Sequence record: SRR20825010_2267
Reading direction: 5' to 3' (one strand)
Length of the DNA: 45,299 nt
Shown here in pieces: positions 9,430 to 18,648 of the stretch; the stretch's first letter is position 1, and each line of letters begins with the position of its first letter. The notes below the pieces were generated by a model that worked only from the letters and a program-made list of their open reading frames with translations, ran no database searches and was not told the DNA's origin. The translations under genes and the position numbers were made by a program.

Positions 9430-11688
9430 TTAAGCCTTTTTGTTGCCGGTATTAAAATCCTTTGTTTTCTTCTTTTTCGGGTTCTTGAAAAGCCTTTTAA
9501 AAAAACCATCCCTTTTTACGGGGTCGCAATCCAGTTGGTTCATCACCGCCGAATTTGGGGTGGGAAATTTGGCCTTAGTCAAGTAGTTGAAAGAATTATC
9601 AGCGTTCAATTTCTGCATCCATAGTGCAAAAATGGGCAATGCCGCATTGGCCCCTTGGCCCAAGCTGGTGCTGCTAAAGCCAATTTCATGGTTGTCCAAT
9701 CCTACCCAAGTTATGTTAAGTAGCTTAGGGGTCAAAGCTACAAACCAGGCATCCTTGTTGTTTTGTGTGGTTCCGGTTTTTCCGGCAATGTCGTTCTTAA
9801 TGCCATATGTAGAACGAATTCGGGCGGCAGTACCGCTATTCACTGTTGCCTTCATAATCTCTAACATGATTTGGCCCGTTTCTTCTGAAAAGGCTCTTTT
9901 TTCCGCTACAGCTGGCTTAAAGGTCTCAATTATGGAGTCCTTTTCGTTGGTAATTCTCTGTATCAAAAATGGGGTGACAGATCTGCCATTGTTCAAAAAA
10001 CTGGCATAGGCACCAGCTAGTTCATTTATCTTGATCTCGGCTGTGCCCAATGCCAATGATGGCAGCGAGGGCAATGGGGTTTCAATACCCATTTTCCGCG
10101 CTTGTTCTATTACAGTGGGAATACCTGTTTTTTCCAATACCTTAACCGCTACGGTATTTACTGAGTTGCTCAAGGCCTCTTCCATGGAGTAATTTAGATA
10201 GGCCTCATCTTTCTTTCCGGAATTGCTGGGAGACCAACCTTCCATATTCTCATATGCTACCTCCTGGGCCGAAAAGTAGGTGCAGGGAGATATGCCATTT
10301 TCAAGGGCAGCAGTATAGACAATAGGCTTAAAAGCAGAGCCTACCTGACGTTTGCTCTGCGAAATATGATCGTATTTAAAGTGTTTGAAATTAATTCCGC
10401 CCAACCATGTTTTAACGGCCCCGGTTTTGGGATCCATGGATAGGGAACCGGTATTTAAGAATTTAAGATAGTGCAATAAACTATCTATGGTACTGGCAGA
10501 GCGAATTTCATCCGTATTCCAATCTATCAAATGCATATCTTTTTTTAGGTTCATCGAGTCCATTATTGCTTTCTCATTGAGCCCTGCGTTCTTCCATTTT
10601 TTGTAAGGCTCTGAACTTTGTATAATTTTATTAATAAGCTTTTGGTCCCTTATCCAAGGCGCTCGCTTGCCATAGCCTTTTTCAAAGCTGTTTTGAAGTG
10701 CTTTCATATGCTGCCCCATTGCTTCTTCAGCCAATAGCTGCATTTTGGAATCCAATGTAGTATAAATTTTAAGTCCGGAAGTATAAATATTGTAATCAAG
10801 TCCCTTCTCCCTTTGCGCTTTGGCCCAACTTAGCATTTGTTTTCTTACCTCTTCCCTAAAATAGGGAGCTAAGCCCTCATTGTAATCGTAATCCCTATAA
10901 TCAAGTTGTAATGGAAGAAGTTTAAGGCTATCTGCCTCCTTTTGTGATATAAAATCATTGGAATACATGGACTGCAATACCAAATTACGCCTGGTTGTAC
11001 TGTTTTTTGGAAAAACACGGGGATTATAACTATAGGTAGCCTTTAACATGCCTACCAGCGTTGCGCTTTCTTGCAGTTCAAGTTCCTTAGCCGATTTATT
11101 GAAGAACTTTAAGGAAGCACTTTCTATTCCAAAAGTGTTATCGCCAAATGAAACGGTATTCAAATAAAGCATCAGAATCTCCTCCTTGGAGTACATGGAT
11201 TCCAGCCGTGACGCGATTATCATTTCCTTAAATTTCGATATGGCCAGATTTAATTTTCCAGATTTTTCCCTGGGATATAAATTCTTGGCAAGTTGTTGGC
11301 TAATGGTGCTGCCACCCCCAGCCGATTGATCCTGCATTAGTATGGTTTTAAAAGCCACCCGGACTAGACTCTTGTAATCTATTCCTGAATGATCATAAAA
11401 ACGTTCATCTTCAATGGCTATTAAAGCCTTTATTAAATTTTTGGGTACCGACTCATATGTTATGGGCTGCCTGTCAAACAGAAAATATTTACCTATAAGA
11501 ACACTGTCTGCCGAATAGACTTCGGAAGCTCTTTGGTACTTGAAATCCGAAAGTTCCTGCTTGCCGGGAAGTTTTCCCCAGGCTCCCATATATATACTTA
11601 ATATCAATAATAATATAATACCCCCTGCTGCCGTACAGGTGATTATGCCAAATCTTAAATATGGATTTTTTATTTTATTGAACATCAA
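9430..11688 (-). CDS. Class A penicillin-binding protein (PBP1A family transglycosylase/transpeptidase)
   Basis: EDERFYDHSG and GGSTISQQLAKN (GT51); SAFK, SVN and KTG transpeptidase motifs; N-terminal TM anchor. Confidence 0.93.
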   Translation of the reverse strand: MMFNKIKNPYLRFGIITCTAAGGIILLLILSIYMGAWGKLPGKQELSDFKYQRASEVYSADSVLIGKYFLFDRQPITYESVPKNLIKALIAIEDERFYDHSGIDYKSLVRVAFKTILMQDQSAGGGSTISQQLAKNLYPREKSGKLNLAISKFKEMIIASRLESMYSKEEILMLYLNTVSFGDNTFGIESASLKFFNKSAKELELQESATLVGMLKATYSYNPRVFPKNSTTRRNLVLQSMYSNDFISQKEADSLKLLPLQLDYRDYDYNEGLAPYFREEVRKQMLSWAKAQREKGLDYNIYTSGLKIYTTLDSKMQLLAEEAMGQHMKALQNSFEKGYGKRAPWIRDQKLINKIIQSSEPYKKWKNAGLNEKAIMDSMNLKKDMHLIDWNTDEIRSASTIDSLLHYLKFLNTGSLSMDPKTGAVKTWLGGINFKHFKYDHISQSKRQVGSAFKPIVYTAALENGISPCTYFSAQEVAYENMEGWSPSNSGKKDEAYLNYSMEEALSNSVNTVAVKVLEKTGIPTVIEQARKMGIETPLPSLPSLALGTAEIKINELAGAYASFLNNGRSVTPFLIQRITNEKDSIIETFKPAVAEKRAFSEETGQIMLEIMKATVNSGTAARIRSTYGIKNDIAGKTGTTQNNKDAWFVALTPKLLNITWVGLDNHEIGFSSTSLGQGANAALPIFALWMQKLNADNSFNYLTKAKFPTPNSAVMNQLDCDPVKRDGFFKRLFKNPKKKKTKDFNTGNKKA

Positions 11689-11904
11689 TTTTTATAATTA
11701 GGTGCTGCAAGATCAAATTAATAAATCAAATAAGGACTCATCTTAACAATACCTTAAATTGCAATGTCTTATTTTTGGAGGCCTTTTTCAAGCGGATAAA
11801 TATAATATTTAGTTGTTTAAATGGTAAGGGCTATCTCCTTACATTTTAACTCAGAAGATAAATAACTGACTTGAAAGGTATACTAATAAAACAGTAAAAT
11901 TCAG

Positions 11905-12678
11905 ATGAAAATATTAATTGCACTTTGTTTTCTATTGGTTCAACTTGGTTACGGTATGGACATGGAATGGTCCAAGACCGGACACCGTACTATTGGGGAG
12001 GTTGCACAGCAGCATTTGTCCCGAAAGACAAAAAACGCCTTAAAGAAACTTTTAAATGGGCAAAGTCTGGCTTTGGTTTCAAATTATGCAGATGAAATAA
12101 AGGCCGATCGAAGCTTTTCCAAGTTTGGCCCTTGGCATTATGTAAATTATCCGGCCGATAAAAAATACACTGAGGTTACACCTAGTGAAGAGGGGGATAT
12201 AATCATTGGAATTGGAAAATGTATAGAAATAGTCAAGGACAAGAATAGTAAGGAAGAGGATAGGGTATTTTACTTAAAAATGTTGGTCCATTTAATAGGG
12301 GACCTGCACCAACCTATGCATGTGGGCAGGTTGGAGGATAAAGGGGGCAATGATATCCAATTGCAATGGTTTGGAAGAGGTACCAATCTCCATAGGTTGT
12401 GGGACTCCAATATGATAGATGACTACGGTATGAGTTATTCGGAATTGGCAAATAATTTACCGGAGCTGACCAAGGGGCAAATTAAATTTATACAACAGGG
12501 TAATATATATGACTGGGTGGAGGAATCCCAGGAAATAGCCAACGACCTTTATGATTCTGTAGAAATAGGTGAAAAATTGGGTTATGCCTATGGTTATAAG
12601 TACTGGGCTACCGTAGAGAAACAACTACAAAAGGGGGGGCTGCGTTTGGCCAAGGTATTGAACGAGTTATTTTCTTAA
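11905..12678 (+). CDS. S1/P1 nuclease (secreted)
   Basis: Signal peptide, W..TGH, ADEIK, WHYVN, HLIGDLHQPMH, D.GGN and NLHRLWD motifs. Confidence 0.92.
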   Translation: MKILIALCFLLVQLGYGMDMEWSKTGHRTIGEVAQQHLSRKTKNALKKLLNGQSLALVSNYADEIKADRSFSKFGPWHYVNYPADKKYTEVTPSEEGDIIIGIGKCIEIVKDKNSKEEDRVFYLKMLVHLIGDLHQPMHVGRLEDKGGNDIQLQWFGRGTNLHRLWDSNMIDDYGMSYSELANNLPELTKGQIKFIQQGNIYDWVEESQEIANDLYDSVEIGEKLGYAYGYKYWATVEKQLQKGGLRLAKVLNELFS

Positions 12679-12869
12679 GTAATTCGTGTAAATACTATAA
12701 TAAAGTAACAGAGCTGTTATCCTAATTGGTAAACCTCGGAGTTAGGTATTATCTATGGCTATAGTCTGCTTATGATCAGTAGTTTATAGTGTTGTTGATT
12801 TTCTTGGGCCTATTATCGAAAAAAACATAGCTTTTGACCAATTTTTATATTATTTGGCAAAGAAATTGA

Positions 12870-12987
12870 GTTATTATTATTGAAGTTGGGTGTGAGGAGA
12901 CTAACGTAAATGCCTGGTAGGTTAGGGGCAGTATCCAACGGAAATAACAAAGGCATAAAAAAATCGGTTTTCGCAACCGATTTTTTT
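12870..12987 (+). ncRNA. Candidate structured small RNA
   Basis: Nested stems and a possible pseudoknot in the gap between convergent genes, ending at a terminator (see findings). Confidence 0.35.
12957..12987. terminator. Bidirectional intrinsic terminator
   Basis: aaaaaaatcggtt-ttcgc-aaccgattttttt. Confidence 0.85.
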
Positions 12988-13585
12988 ATTTAATGACCCT
13001 AAAGGTAATATTGATTCTTTCCTGTACAGTTTTGGCGGTTTTTGGAACTTGGTGGTACCAACAATGCTGGGTTTCACCTTTCATAAGTAGTAAACTTCCG
13101 TGTTCCAATAATAATTTTTGCTTTAAATCCTTTTTTAATTTATGCTTTAGGTGAAAGTATCGTTCCTGTCCAAGGCTTATCGATGCAATTATGGGATTTT
13201 TGCCCAAAGTCTTCTCGTCATCTGCATGCCAACCATTGCTATCTCTGCCATTTCTATAGAGATTTAACAAACAACTTGTAAAGCGTACATCTAATTCCAT
13301 TTGTAGCTTATTCCTTAATTCCAGTAATTCAGCTGTAAACGTATGGGGATGCATTGTAATATTGGAATAGGAATAGGGTCTGCTGTTGTCCCCAAATAGG
13401 GCGGTCAACCTAGGCTGCGGGTATGTTTTGCCGAATACTGTAATGTTATCCTGCTGCCAAGGGGTTGTTTCCTTAAGTGCCTTAAAATAATGATTCGCTT
13501 CAGCTGTACTTAAAAAGTCGGGATAATATACAATATCACTATCAGGAAGTTGAAGTTCTAATTTATTGGTAAATAAAGGTTTCAC
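12986..13585 (-). CDS. AlkB-family 2OG-Fe(II) dioxygenase (ALKBH2/3-like)
   Basis: PRL, LLNLYRNG.DS.GWHADDE, HGSLLLM.G, WYH.VPK and RINITFR motifs; GTG start overlaps the AraC stop. Confidence 0.9.
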   Translation of the reverse strand: MKPLFTNKLELQLPDSDIVYYPDFLSTAEANHYFKALKETTPWQQDNITVFGKTYPQPRLTALFGDNSRPYSYSNITMHPHTFTAELLELRNKLQMELDVRFTSCLLNLYRNGRDSNGWHADDEKTLGKNPIIASISLGQERYFHLKHKLKKDLKQKLLLEHGSLLLMKGETQHCWYHQVPKTAKTVQERINITFRVIK

Positions 13586-14454
13586 GACTGAAGTACACTT
13601 TTCAGCTCGTTTCTATACTCGGACGGATTCTGACCTGTAAAAGCTTTAAAGGACTTGTTGAAATGTGAGAAATTGTTAAATCCACTTTCAAAACATACCT
13701 CTGTTATACTAATGGGCTTTTCTGCCAATAATTTTGAGGCATGTACCAATCTACACTCATTAACAAACTGAACAAAAGTCTTATTTGTTATTTTTTTAAA
13801 GTATCTGCAGAACGAAGGAACCGTCATGCTTACCAAATCGGCGATCTCCTCCAAGGTTATTTCTTCCTTAAAGTTTGTTTTCACGTAATTGAAGACAATA
13901 TTTATTCTGTCATTATCCTTTACTTCTGTTTGAAGTGAAAAGCCTTGGGCGTTCAGTACTTGATATTCTTTGGAGTTGCCCAGTTCATTTAGGATGTTTA
14001 GAATGGAAAGAAGACGTTGAAAATCTGTCTGATATTCCATGATTTCGATTTTTTCACCAATTTTTTTCTTGGTACTGCCTGTGAAGGCCACACCACCACT
14101 TGCAATTTGAAAAAGGCTTTGTATTTTTCTCATCTCCGGAATGTTGAAAAAGTCGTTGCCCAAAAAATCCTGTTTCATTTGCACCACGCTTTCACTTTTA
14201 TTGCCTGTAAGCACATCCGTGAATCCGCAGTGTGGAAGATTAGATCCGATCAAAATCAGATCGCCATCGGTATAATAGGAAACGTGGCTTCCGATTTGTC
14301 GCTTTCCGGAACCCCCATTAACATAAACCAGTTCAATTTCAGGGTGATAATGCCAAACCCCTACTTTATTAGGGTTGTGTTCATCAAATTGTTGATAGGT
14401 ATAAGAATGACCGAAATCGGGTTCTATTACCTCAAATGCAGGTTTAGGTATCAT
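13582..14454 (-). CDS. AraC family transcriptional regulator with N-terminal cupin domain
   Basis: WHYHPEIEL and NLPH cupin motifs; C-terminal SFCRYFKK...CFESGFNNFSHFNK.FK double HTH. Confidence 0.92.
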   Translation of the reverse strand: MIPKPAFEVIEPDFGHSYTYQQFDEHNPNKVGVWHYHPEIELVYVNGGSGKRQIGSHVSYYTDGDLILIGSNLPHCGFTDVLTGNKSESVVQMKQDFLGNDFFNIPEMRKIQSLFQIASGGVAFTGSTKKKIGEKIEIMEYQTDFQRLLSILNILNELGNSKEYQVLNAQGFSLQTEVKDNDRINIVFNYVKTNFKEEITLEEIADLVSMTVPSFCRYFKKITNKTFVQFVNECRLVHASKLLAEKPISITEVCFESGFNNFSHFNKSFKAFTGQNPSEYRNELKSVLQS

Positions 14455-14627
14455 ATGATAATTTCATTAGGTATAGTAAAGATACTATAGCTATTTTGGA
14501 CAATTCTGTGCAAATTTAACCTAAATGTGTCTAAAATTAACCCCTTAACATTTATTTAATATTGCATGATGGTAAAATAGAATAGAAACTGGAGAATTCT
14601 GGAGTAGTGGGAAGGGAATTCCTGCTC

Positions 14628-14635
14628 TACATTTG
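14628..14635 (+). promoter_or_regulatory. -7 promoter box TACATTTG
   Basis: Exact TAnnTTTG match 38 nt upstream of the ATG at 14674. Confidence 0.55.
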
Positions 14636-14673
14636 TCATATAAATGATTTATTAATATTAAATCCTAAATGTT

Positions 14674-15261
14674 ATGAAAGCAGTTTTAAAATTAACAGCA
14701 ATGGCAGCCTTATTACTTAGTAGTACTATAGCAATGGCCAACGACCCAGGAATGTATTTGACAACAGTTAAAGAAGCAAAAAGATTGGTTCTTAAATTAA
14801 ATAAGCAAACTGAATCTTCTATCTTGACTTTGACCGATACGGAGAAGCATCAAATATTCATGGAGAATATTAAGGAAGACGAAGATTACACTAAAAAGTT
14901 CGACTTGTCAAATTTGGAAGAAGGTCTTTACTATTTAAAGATGGAAAGCCTTATCAGGACTGTGGAGTTTACTATTAGTGTTGAGGATTCCGAGGTAAAT
15001 GTTATTGCTCGTAACGAGGTAACAAAACCATTCTTCAGGAAAAATGGAGATGTACTTTATTTAAATTACTTGAACCAAAAGCTAAATCCTGTAGTTATTA
15101 ATGTTGTGGACAGTTCTAACAGACTTGTATTTACACAAAAATTTGATAAGGATTTGGTTGTTGGGAAGGTTTTCAACTTTACCAACGCGGTAAAAGATGA
15201 GTATACAGTATCTGTAAGCGAAGGTACCAATACTTACTACGAAACTATTTCGGTGAACTAA
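14674..15261 (+). CDS. Secreted protein with two tandem CTD-like beta-sandwich domains
   Basis: Signal peptide ending AMA; the two halves end in KKFDLSNLEEGLYYLKM and KVFNFTNAVKDEYTVSV. Confidence 0.7.
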   Translation: MKAVLKLTAMAALLLSSTIAMANDPGMYLTTVKEAKRLVLKLNKQTESSILTLTDTEKHQIFMENIKEDEDYTKKFDLSNLEEGLYYLKMESLIRTVEFTISVEDSEVNVIARNEVTKPFFRKNGDVLYLNYLNQKLNPVVINVVDSSNRLVFTQKFDKDLVVGKVFNFTNAVKDEYTVSVSEGTNTYYETISVN

Positions 15262-15292
15262 TGTCTTAAAAAGTAAATATTATTAAAAGTAA

Positions 15293-15320
15293 AAAATAGG
15301 GGCCGATCGGCCCCTATTTT
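15293..15320. terminator. Bidirectional terminator (perfect 28-bp palindrome)
   Basis: aaaataggggccgatcggcccctatttt between convergent genes. Confidence 0.85.
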
Positions 15321-15961
15321 ATTTCCTGCTCAACGTATTTTTTAAGTCGATCTCTTTTGTATTCGGGTAGCGAAGGGTTGTTTATCGCTTTTTGAAGCAG
15401 CACAGGGTCTTTTTGCTTTGCAAGAATTATTTGAAAGCACTCCTTTACGGTTAGGGTGTTTTCGGATTTTTCCTGCAGTATAAGTTCATCTCCATTTTTT
15501 ACCTCGCCTTCCTCCAAAATACGAACGTAGGTCCCGGAATACCCATAATCTATGAATTCCTTTAATATTTTGGCATTGCCAAAGCGAACACCAAGTTTGT
15601 AACAGGGTTCCCTGGGTTGTGAGACCTGAACCACAGCGTTTCCAATTTTATAGATATCGCCTATTCTCATTATAGATTCATCCAAACCTTTAATGGTGAG
15701 ATTTTCTCCGAACATTCCCCAATCCCAATTTAATTCAGGATACATTCCTTTCCAATACGGGTAGTGGTCCGATGCAAATAGATAACAGGCTTTGTTGATT
15801 CCTGCATGATGCACCCTATCTATAACGGTATCCTCACGAACATCCTTTTTACTTAGAAAAAGAGGTTTGTCCGTAGGATATTTAAATATCCCTGTTTGCT
15901 CCTCCCTTCCATTCCAAAGAAAGGTGGTGGCTTTTCCGATATTTGTGGAGATAATTTTCAT
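15314..15961 (-). CDS. MOSC domain protein (YiiM-like)
   Basis: TGIFK, H.G..KA, FGENL and QPREPCYKL motifs. The likely start is MKIISTNIG at 15961. Confidence 0.88.
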   Translation of the reverse strand: MKIISTNIGKATTFLWNGREEQTGIFKYPTDKPLFLSKKDVREDTVIDRVHHAGINKACYLFASDHYPYWKGMYPELNWDWGMFGENLTIKGLDESIMRIGDIYKIGNAVVQVSQPREPCYKLGVRFGNAKILKEFIDYGYSGTYVRILEEGEVKNGDELILQEKSENTLTVKECFQIILAKQKDPVLLQKAINNPSLPEYKRDRLKKYVEQEIK

Positions 15962-16055
15962 ATTATAAAGATATGAATACCCCAAATACAATATTGATAT
16001 TGGAAAAAAATAATACTAAAATTTAATCCAATACCATAACAAGGTAACCGGACAA

Positions 16056-16415
16056 TTATAGGCCCAAATAGGAATATGCCCAATACATAAGAACAAATTG
16101 AAGTGGAATTCTAAGGATTAGTATCCATTTTGGGATTCCTGCCGATTCTTTTTCGCCCCTTAACATATAAAAGTGTACCAAAAGAAATACGGTAAGCATT
16201 AAAATGATACCGATGATGGCAATATTTTTGGTTTCAGGAAAGCAAAGTCCAATGCCCAAAAGAATTTCTGCCACACCACTAAGGGATACCAATAGCTTAT
16301 GATTGGGCAAGTACCTGGGCATAATGCGCAAATATACTTTTGGCACAATAAAATGCATGATTCCGGCCAAAACATAAATAAATGCTAAAAGGTAGAGATG
16401 CCAAGGGTAGTCCAT
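16056..16415 (-). CDS. DoxX-like small membrane protein
   Basis: AGIMHF..P, SGVAEILLG and RIPLQ motifs; four TM segments. Confidence 0.75.
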   Translation of the reverse strand: MDYPWHLYLLAFIYVLAGIMHFIVPKVYLRIMPRYLPNHKLLVSLSGVAEILLGIGLCFPETKNIAIIGIILMLTVFLLVHFYMLRGEKESAGIPKWILILRIPLQFVLMYWAYSYLGL

Positions 16416-16434
16416 TTGGTAAAGGTATAAATAA

Positions 16435-16469
16435 AAGAAGCTGAATTACACAAGGCAATTCAGCTTCTT
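16435..16469 (-). terminator. Intrinsic terminator of htpG
   Basis: aagaagctgaatt-N9-aattcagcttctt just downstream of the htpG stop. Confidence 0.75.
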
Positions 16470-16489
16470 AGAATTATCGTAAAAAATGA

Positions 16490-18376
16490 TTACTTCACCA
16501 TTTCATAACTTCTTTTAATGAACTTGGTAAGTTCCTCACCTTTCAACAGTCCTTTGGACAAACGCGCCAGATCCAAGGATTGGTTAATAAGTCGCTCCTT
16601 CTTTTTGGCCGTTTTTGTGTTTAAAATTTCGGAAACCAATTCATGGTTGGTGTTCACCACTAAATTGTACATTTCCGGCATATTCCCCATGCCGAACATT
16701 CCGCCACCACCGGTTTGCTGCATTTCTTTCATACGTCGCATAAATTCCGGTTCCGTAATAATGAACGGGGAGGAGCTACTGTCCATAGCTTCCAACTGAA
16801 TGGTATAGCTTTTATTATTGATGGCAGTCTCTATATCGGTTTTTAAGGTCTCTTTTTCCTCATCGGACAATTTGGAGATTTGAGTATCCTCTTTTTTGAT
16901 GAGATTGTCCAAATGATCGGCATCTACTCTAGCAAAGGAAATTTTCTCCTTGGAGGTTTCCAGTTTTTGCATTAAGTGCGATACTATAGGCGAATCCAAC
17001 AATAATACCTCAAAGCCTTTGGCCTTGGCAGCTTCTATATAACTGTGCTGCTCTTCCTTGTTGGAGGCATAAAGTATTACTAATTTATCGTCCTTGTCAG
17101 TTTGATTAGGCTTTAGTTTTTCCTGTAATTCTTCAAAAGTATAATAGGCGCCGTCTACAGTTGGATATAGAGCAAATTTGTCCGCTTTTTCAAAGAACTT
17201 GTCTTCAGAAAGCATTCCATATTCAATAACGATTTTGATATCGTTCCATTTTGCCTCAAAGTCTTCCCTGCTATTTTTAAACAAGGAGCTTAATTTATCG
17301 GCCACTTTACGGGTGATATAGGTCGAAATTTTCTTGACCGCTCCATCGGCCTGTAAATAAGATCTACTAACGTTCAACGGAATATCCGGAGAATCTATAA
17401 CCCCTCTCAGCATGGTCAAAAACTCAGGAACAATTCCTTCCACATTGTCAGTGACAAAAACCTGGTTTTGGTATAATTGAATCCTATCCTTTTGGGTGTT
17501 TAAATCATTGGTAAGCTTTGGGAAATACAAAATCCCGGTCAGATTAAAAGGATAATCTACGTTTAAGTGTATGTGGAACAAAGGCTCCTCAAATTGCATA
17601 GGGTAGAGTTCCCTGTAGAATCCTTTATAATCTTCATCCTTTAATTCTGTTGGCTGTTTGGTCCAAGCAGGATTGGGATTGTTAATTATGTTGTCTACCT
17701 CTTTTGTAGGGGCAGGATCTTCCTCTTTGGCGCCTTCCGGTTTTGGAAGTGTCTCCGTTGTAGTCCCAAACTTAATAGGGATAGGCATAAACTTGTTGTA
17801 CTTTCTAAGCAAGGTGCCAATTTTACCCTCTTCCAAAAATTCTGTGGAATCCTCCGCGATGTGGAGAATTATTTCTGTACCGCGGGTAGTTTTCTTCGCT
17901 TTTTTTAGGGTGAAATTAGGCGATCCATCACAGGTCCAATGTGCTGCCGGCTCATCTTTATAGCTCTTGGTGATAATTTCTACTTTAGCAGCAACCATGA
18001 AGGCGGAATAGAACCCTAGTCCAAAATGTCCAATAATACCTGAGTCTTTGGCAGAATCCTTGTATTTGTCCAAGAATTCTTCGGCCCCTGAAAATGCAAT
18101 TTCATTGATGTATTTCTGTACTTCCTCCTCGGTCATTCCTACACCTTGGTCAATGATATGTATTTTCTTTCCTTCCTTATCTATCTTTACCTCAATAAGT
18201 GGATTTCCATATTCTACCTTGGCTTCCCCAATAGTAGTAAGGTGCTTTAGTTTTAAAGTCGCATCTGTTGCGTTTGAAATAAGCTCCCGTAAAAATATTT
18301 CATGGTCGCTGTATAAGAATTTTTTTATGAGCGGAAATATGTTCTCTACGGAAACATTGATCTTGCCTGTGGCCAT
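16490..18376 (-). CDS. htpG: Chaperone HtpG (Hsp90)
   Basis: LYSDHEIFLRELISNA.DA, IGHFGLGFYSAF and DIPLNVSRS motifs. Confidence 0.97.
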   Translation of the reverse strand: MATGKINVSVENIFPLIKKFLYSDHEIFLRELISNATDATLKLKHLTTIGEAKVEYGNPLIEVKIDKEGKKIHIIDQGVGMTEEEVQKYINEIAFSGAEEFLDKYKDSAKDSGIIGHFGLGFYSAFMVAAKVEIITKSYKDEPAAHWTCDGSPNFTLKKAKKTTRGTEIILHIAEDSTEFLEEGKIGTLLRKYNKFMPIPIKFGTTTETLPKPEGAKEEDPAPTKEVDNIINNPNPAWTKQPTELKDEDYKGFYRELYPMQFEEPLFHIHLNVDYPFNLTGILYFPKLTNDLNTQKDRIQLYQNQVFVTDNVEGIVPEFLTMLRGVIDSPDIPLNVSRSYLQADGAVKKISTYITRKVADKLSSLFKNSREDFEAKWNDIKIVIEYGMLSEDKFFEKADKFALYPTVDGAYYTFEELQEKLKPNQTDKDDKLVILYASNKEEQHSYIEAAKAKGFEVLLLDSPIVSHLMQKLETSKEKISFARVDADHLDNLIKKEDTQISKLSDEEKETLKTDIETAINNKSYTIQLEAMDSSSSPFIITEPEFMRRMKEMQQTGGGGMFGMGNMPEMYNLVVNTNHELVSEILNTKTAKKKERLINQSLDLARLSKGLLKGEELTKFIKRSYEMVK

Positions 18377-18412
18377 ACTTCTAGTTTTTTTTAGTTTAAC
18401 GACTTAACACTG

Positions 18413-18453
18413 TCAAAAAAAATACCATTTTTGGAGGATGTGACAAACTGACA
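18413..18453 (-). promoter_or_regulatory. Putative sigma54-type promoter (TGG-N10-GA) with upstream TGTCA repeats
   Basis: The minus strand reads TGTCAGTTTGTCA...TGGTATTTTTTTTGA, about 36 nt before the htpG ATG. Confidence 0.45.
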
Positions 18454-18648
18454 TTTTTTAGGGGTTTAAAATTCTCCTAATGTCATTGTGTGTATTGAAA
18501 TTCCTCCAATGGCCGTATGACCAATATCATCATATGCGTTTATATTTTTATTTAAATTGGATGTAACTAAATTTATTTCTCATATTTTAGATTTTATAAT
18601 AGAAAAAGAAGGGGGCAGAGGCTTCCCAAAAACTTAATTTTCTTACAG

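Noticed and set aside
11905..14454. S1/P1 nuclease, AlkB and AraC as a possible anti-phage or nucleic-acid defence system
   Set aside because: The nuclease is secreted and convergent to the other two, separated by a terminator. Nutrient scavenging and repair explain these genes, and there are no defence-island hallmarks.
15293..15320. Perfect 28-bp palindrome as a mobile-element end or operator
   Set aside because: It sits between convergent stops with A/T tails, so a bidirectional terminator is a sufficient explanation.
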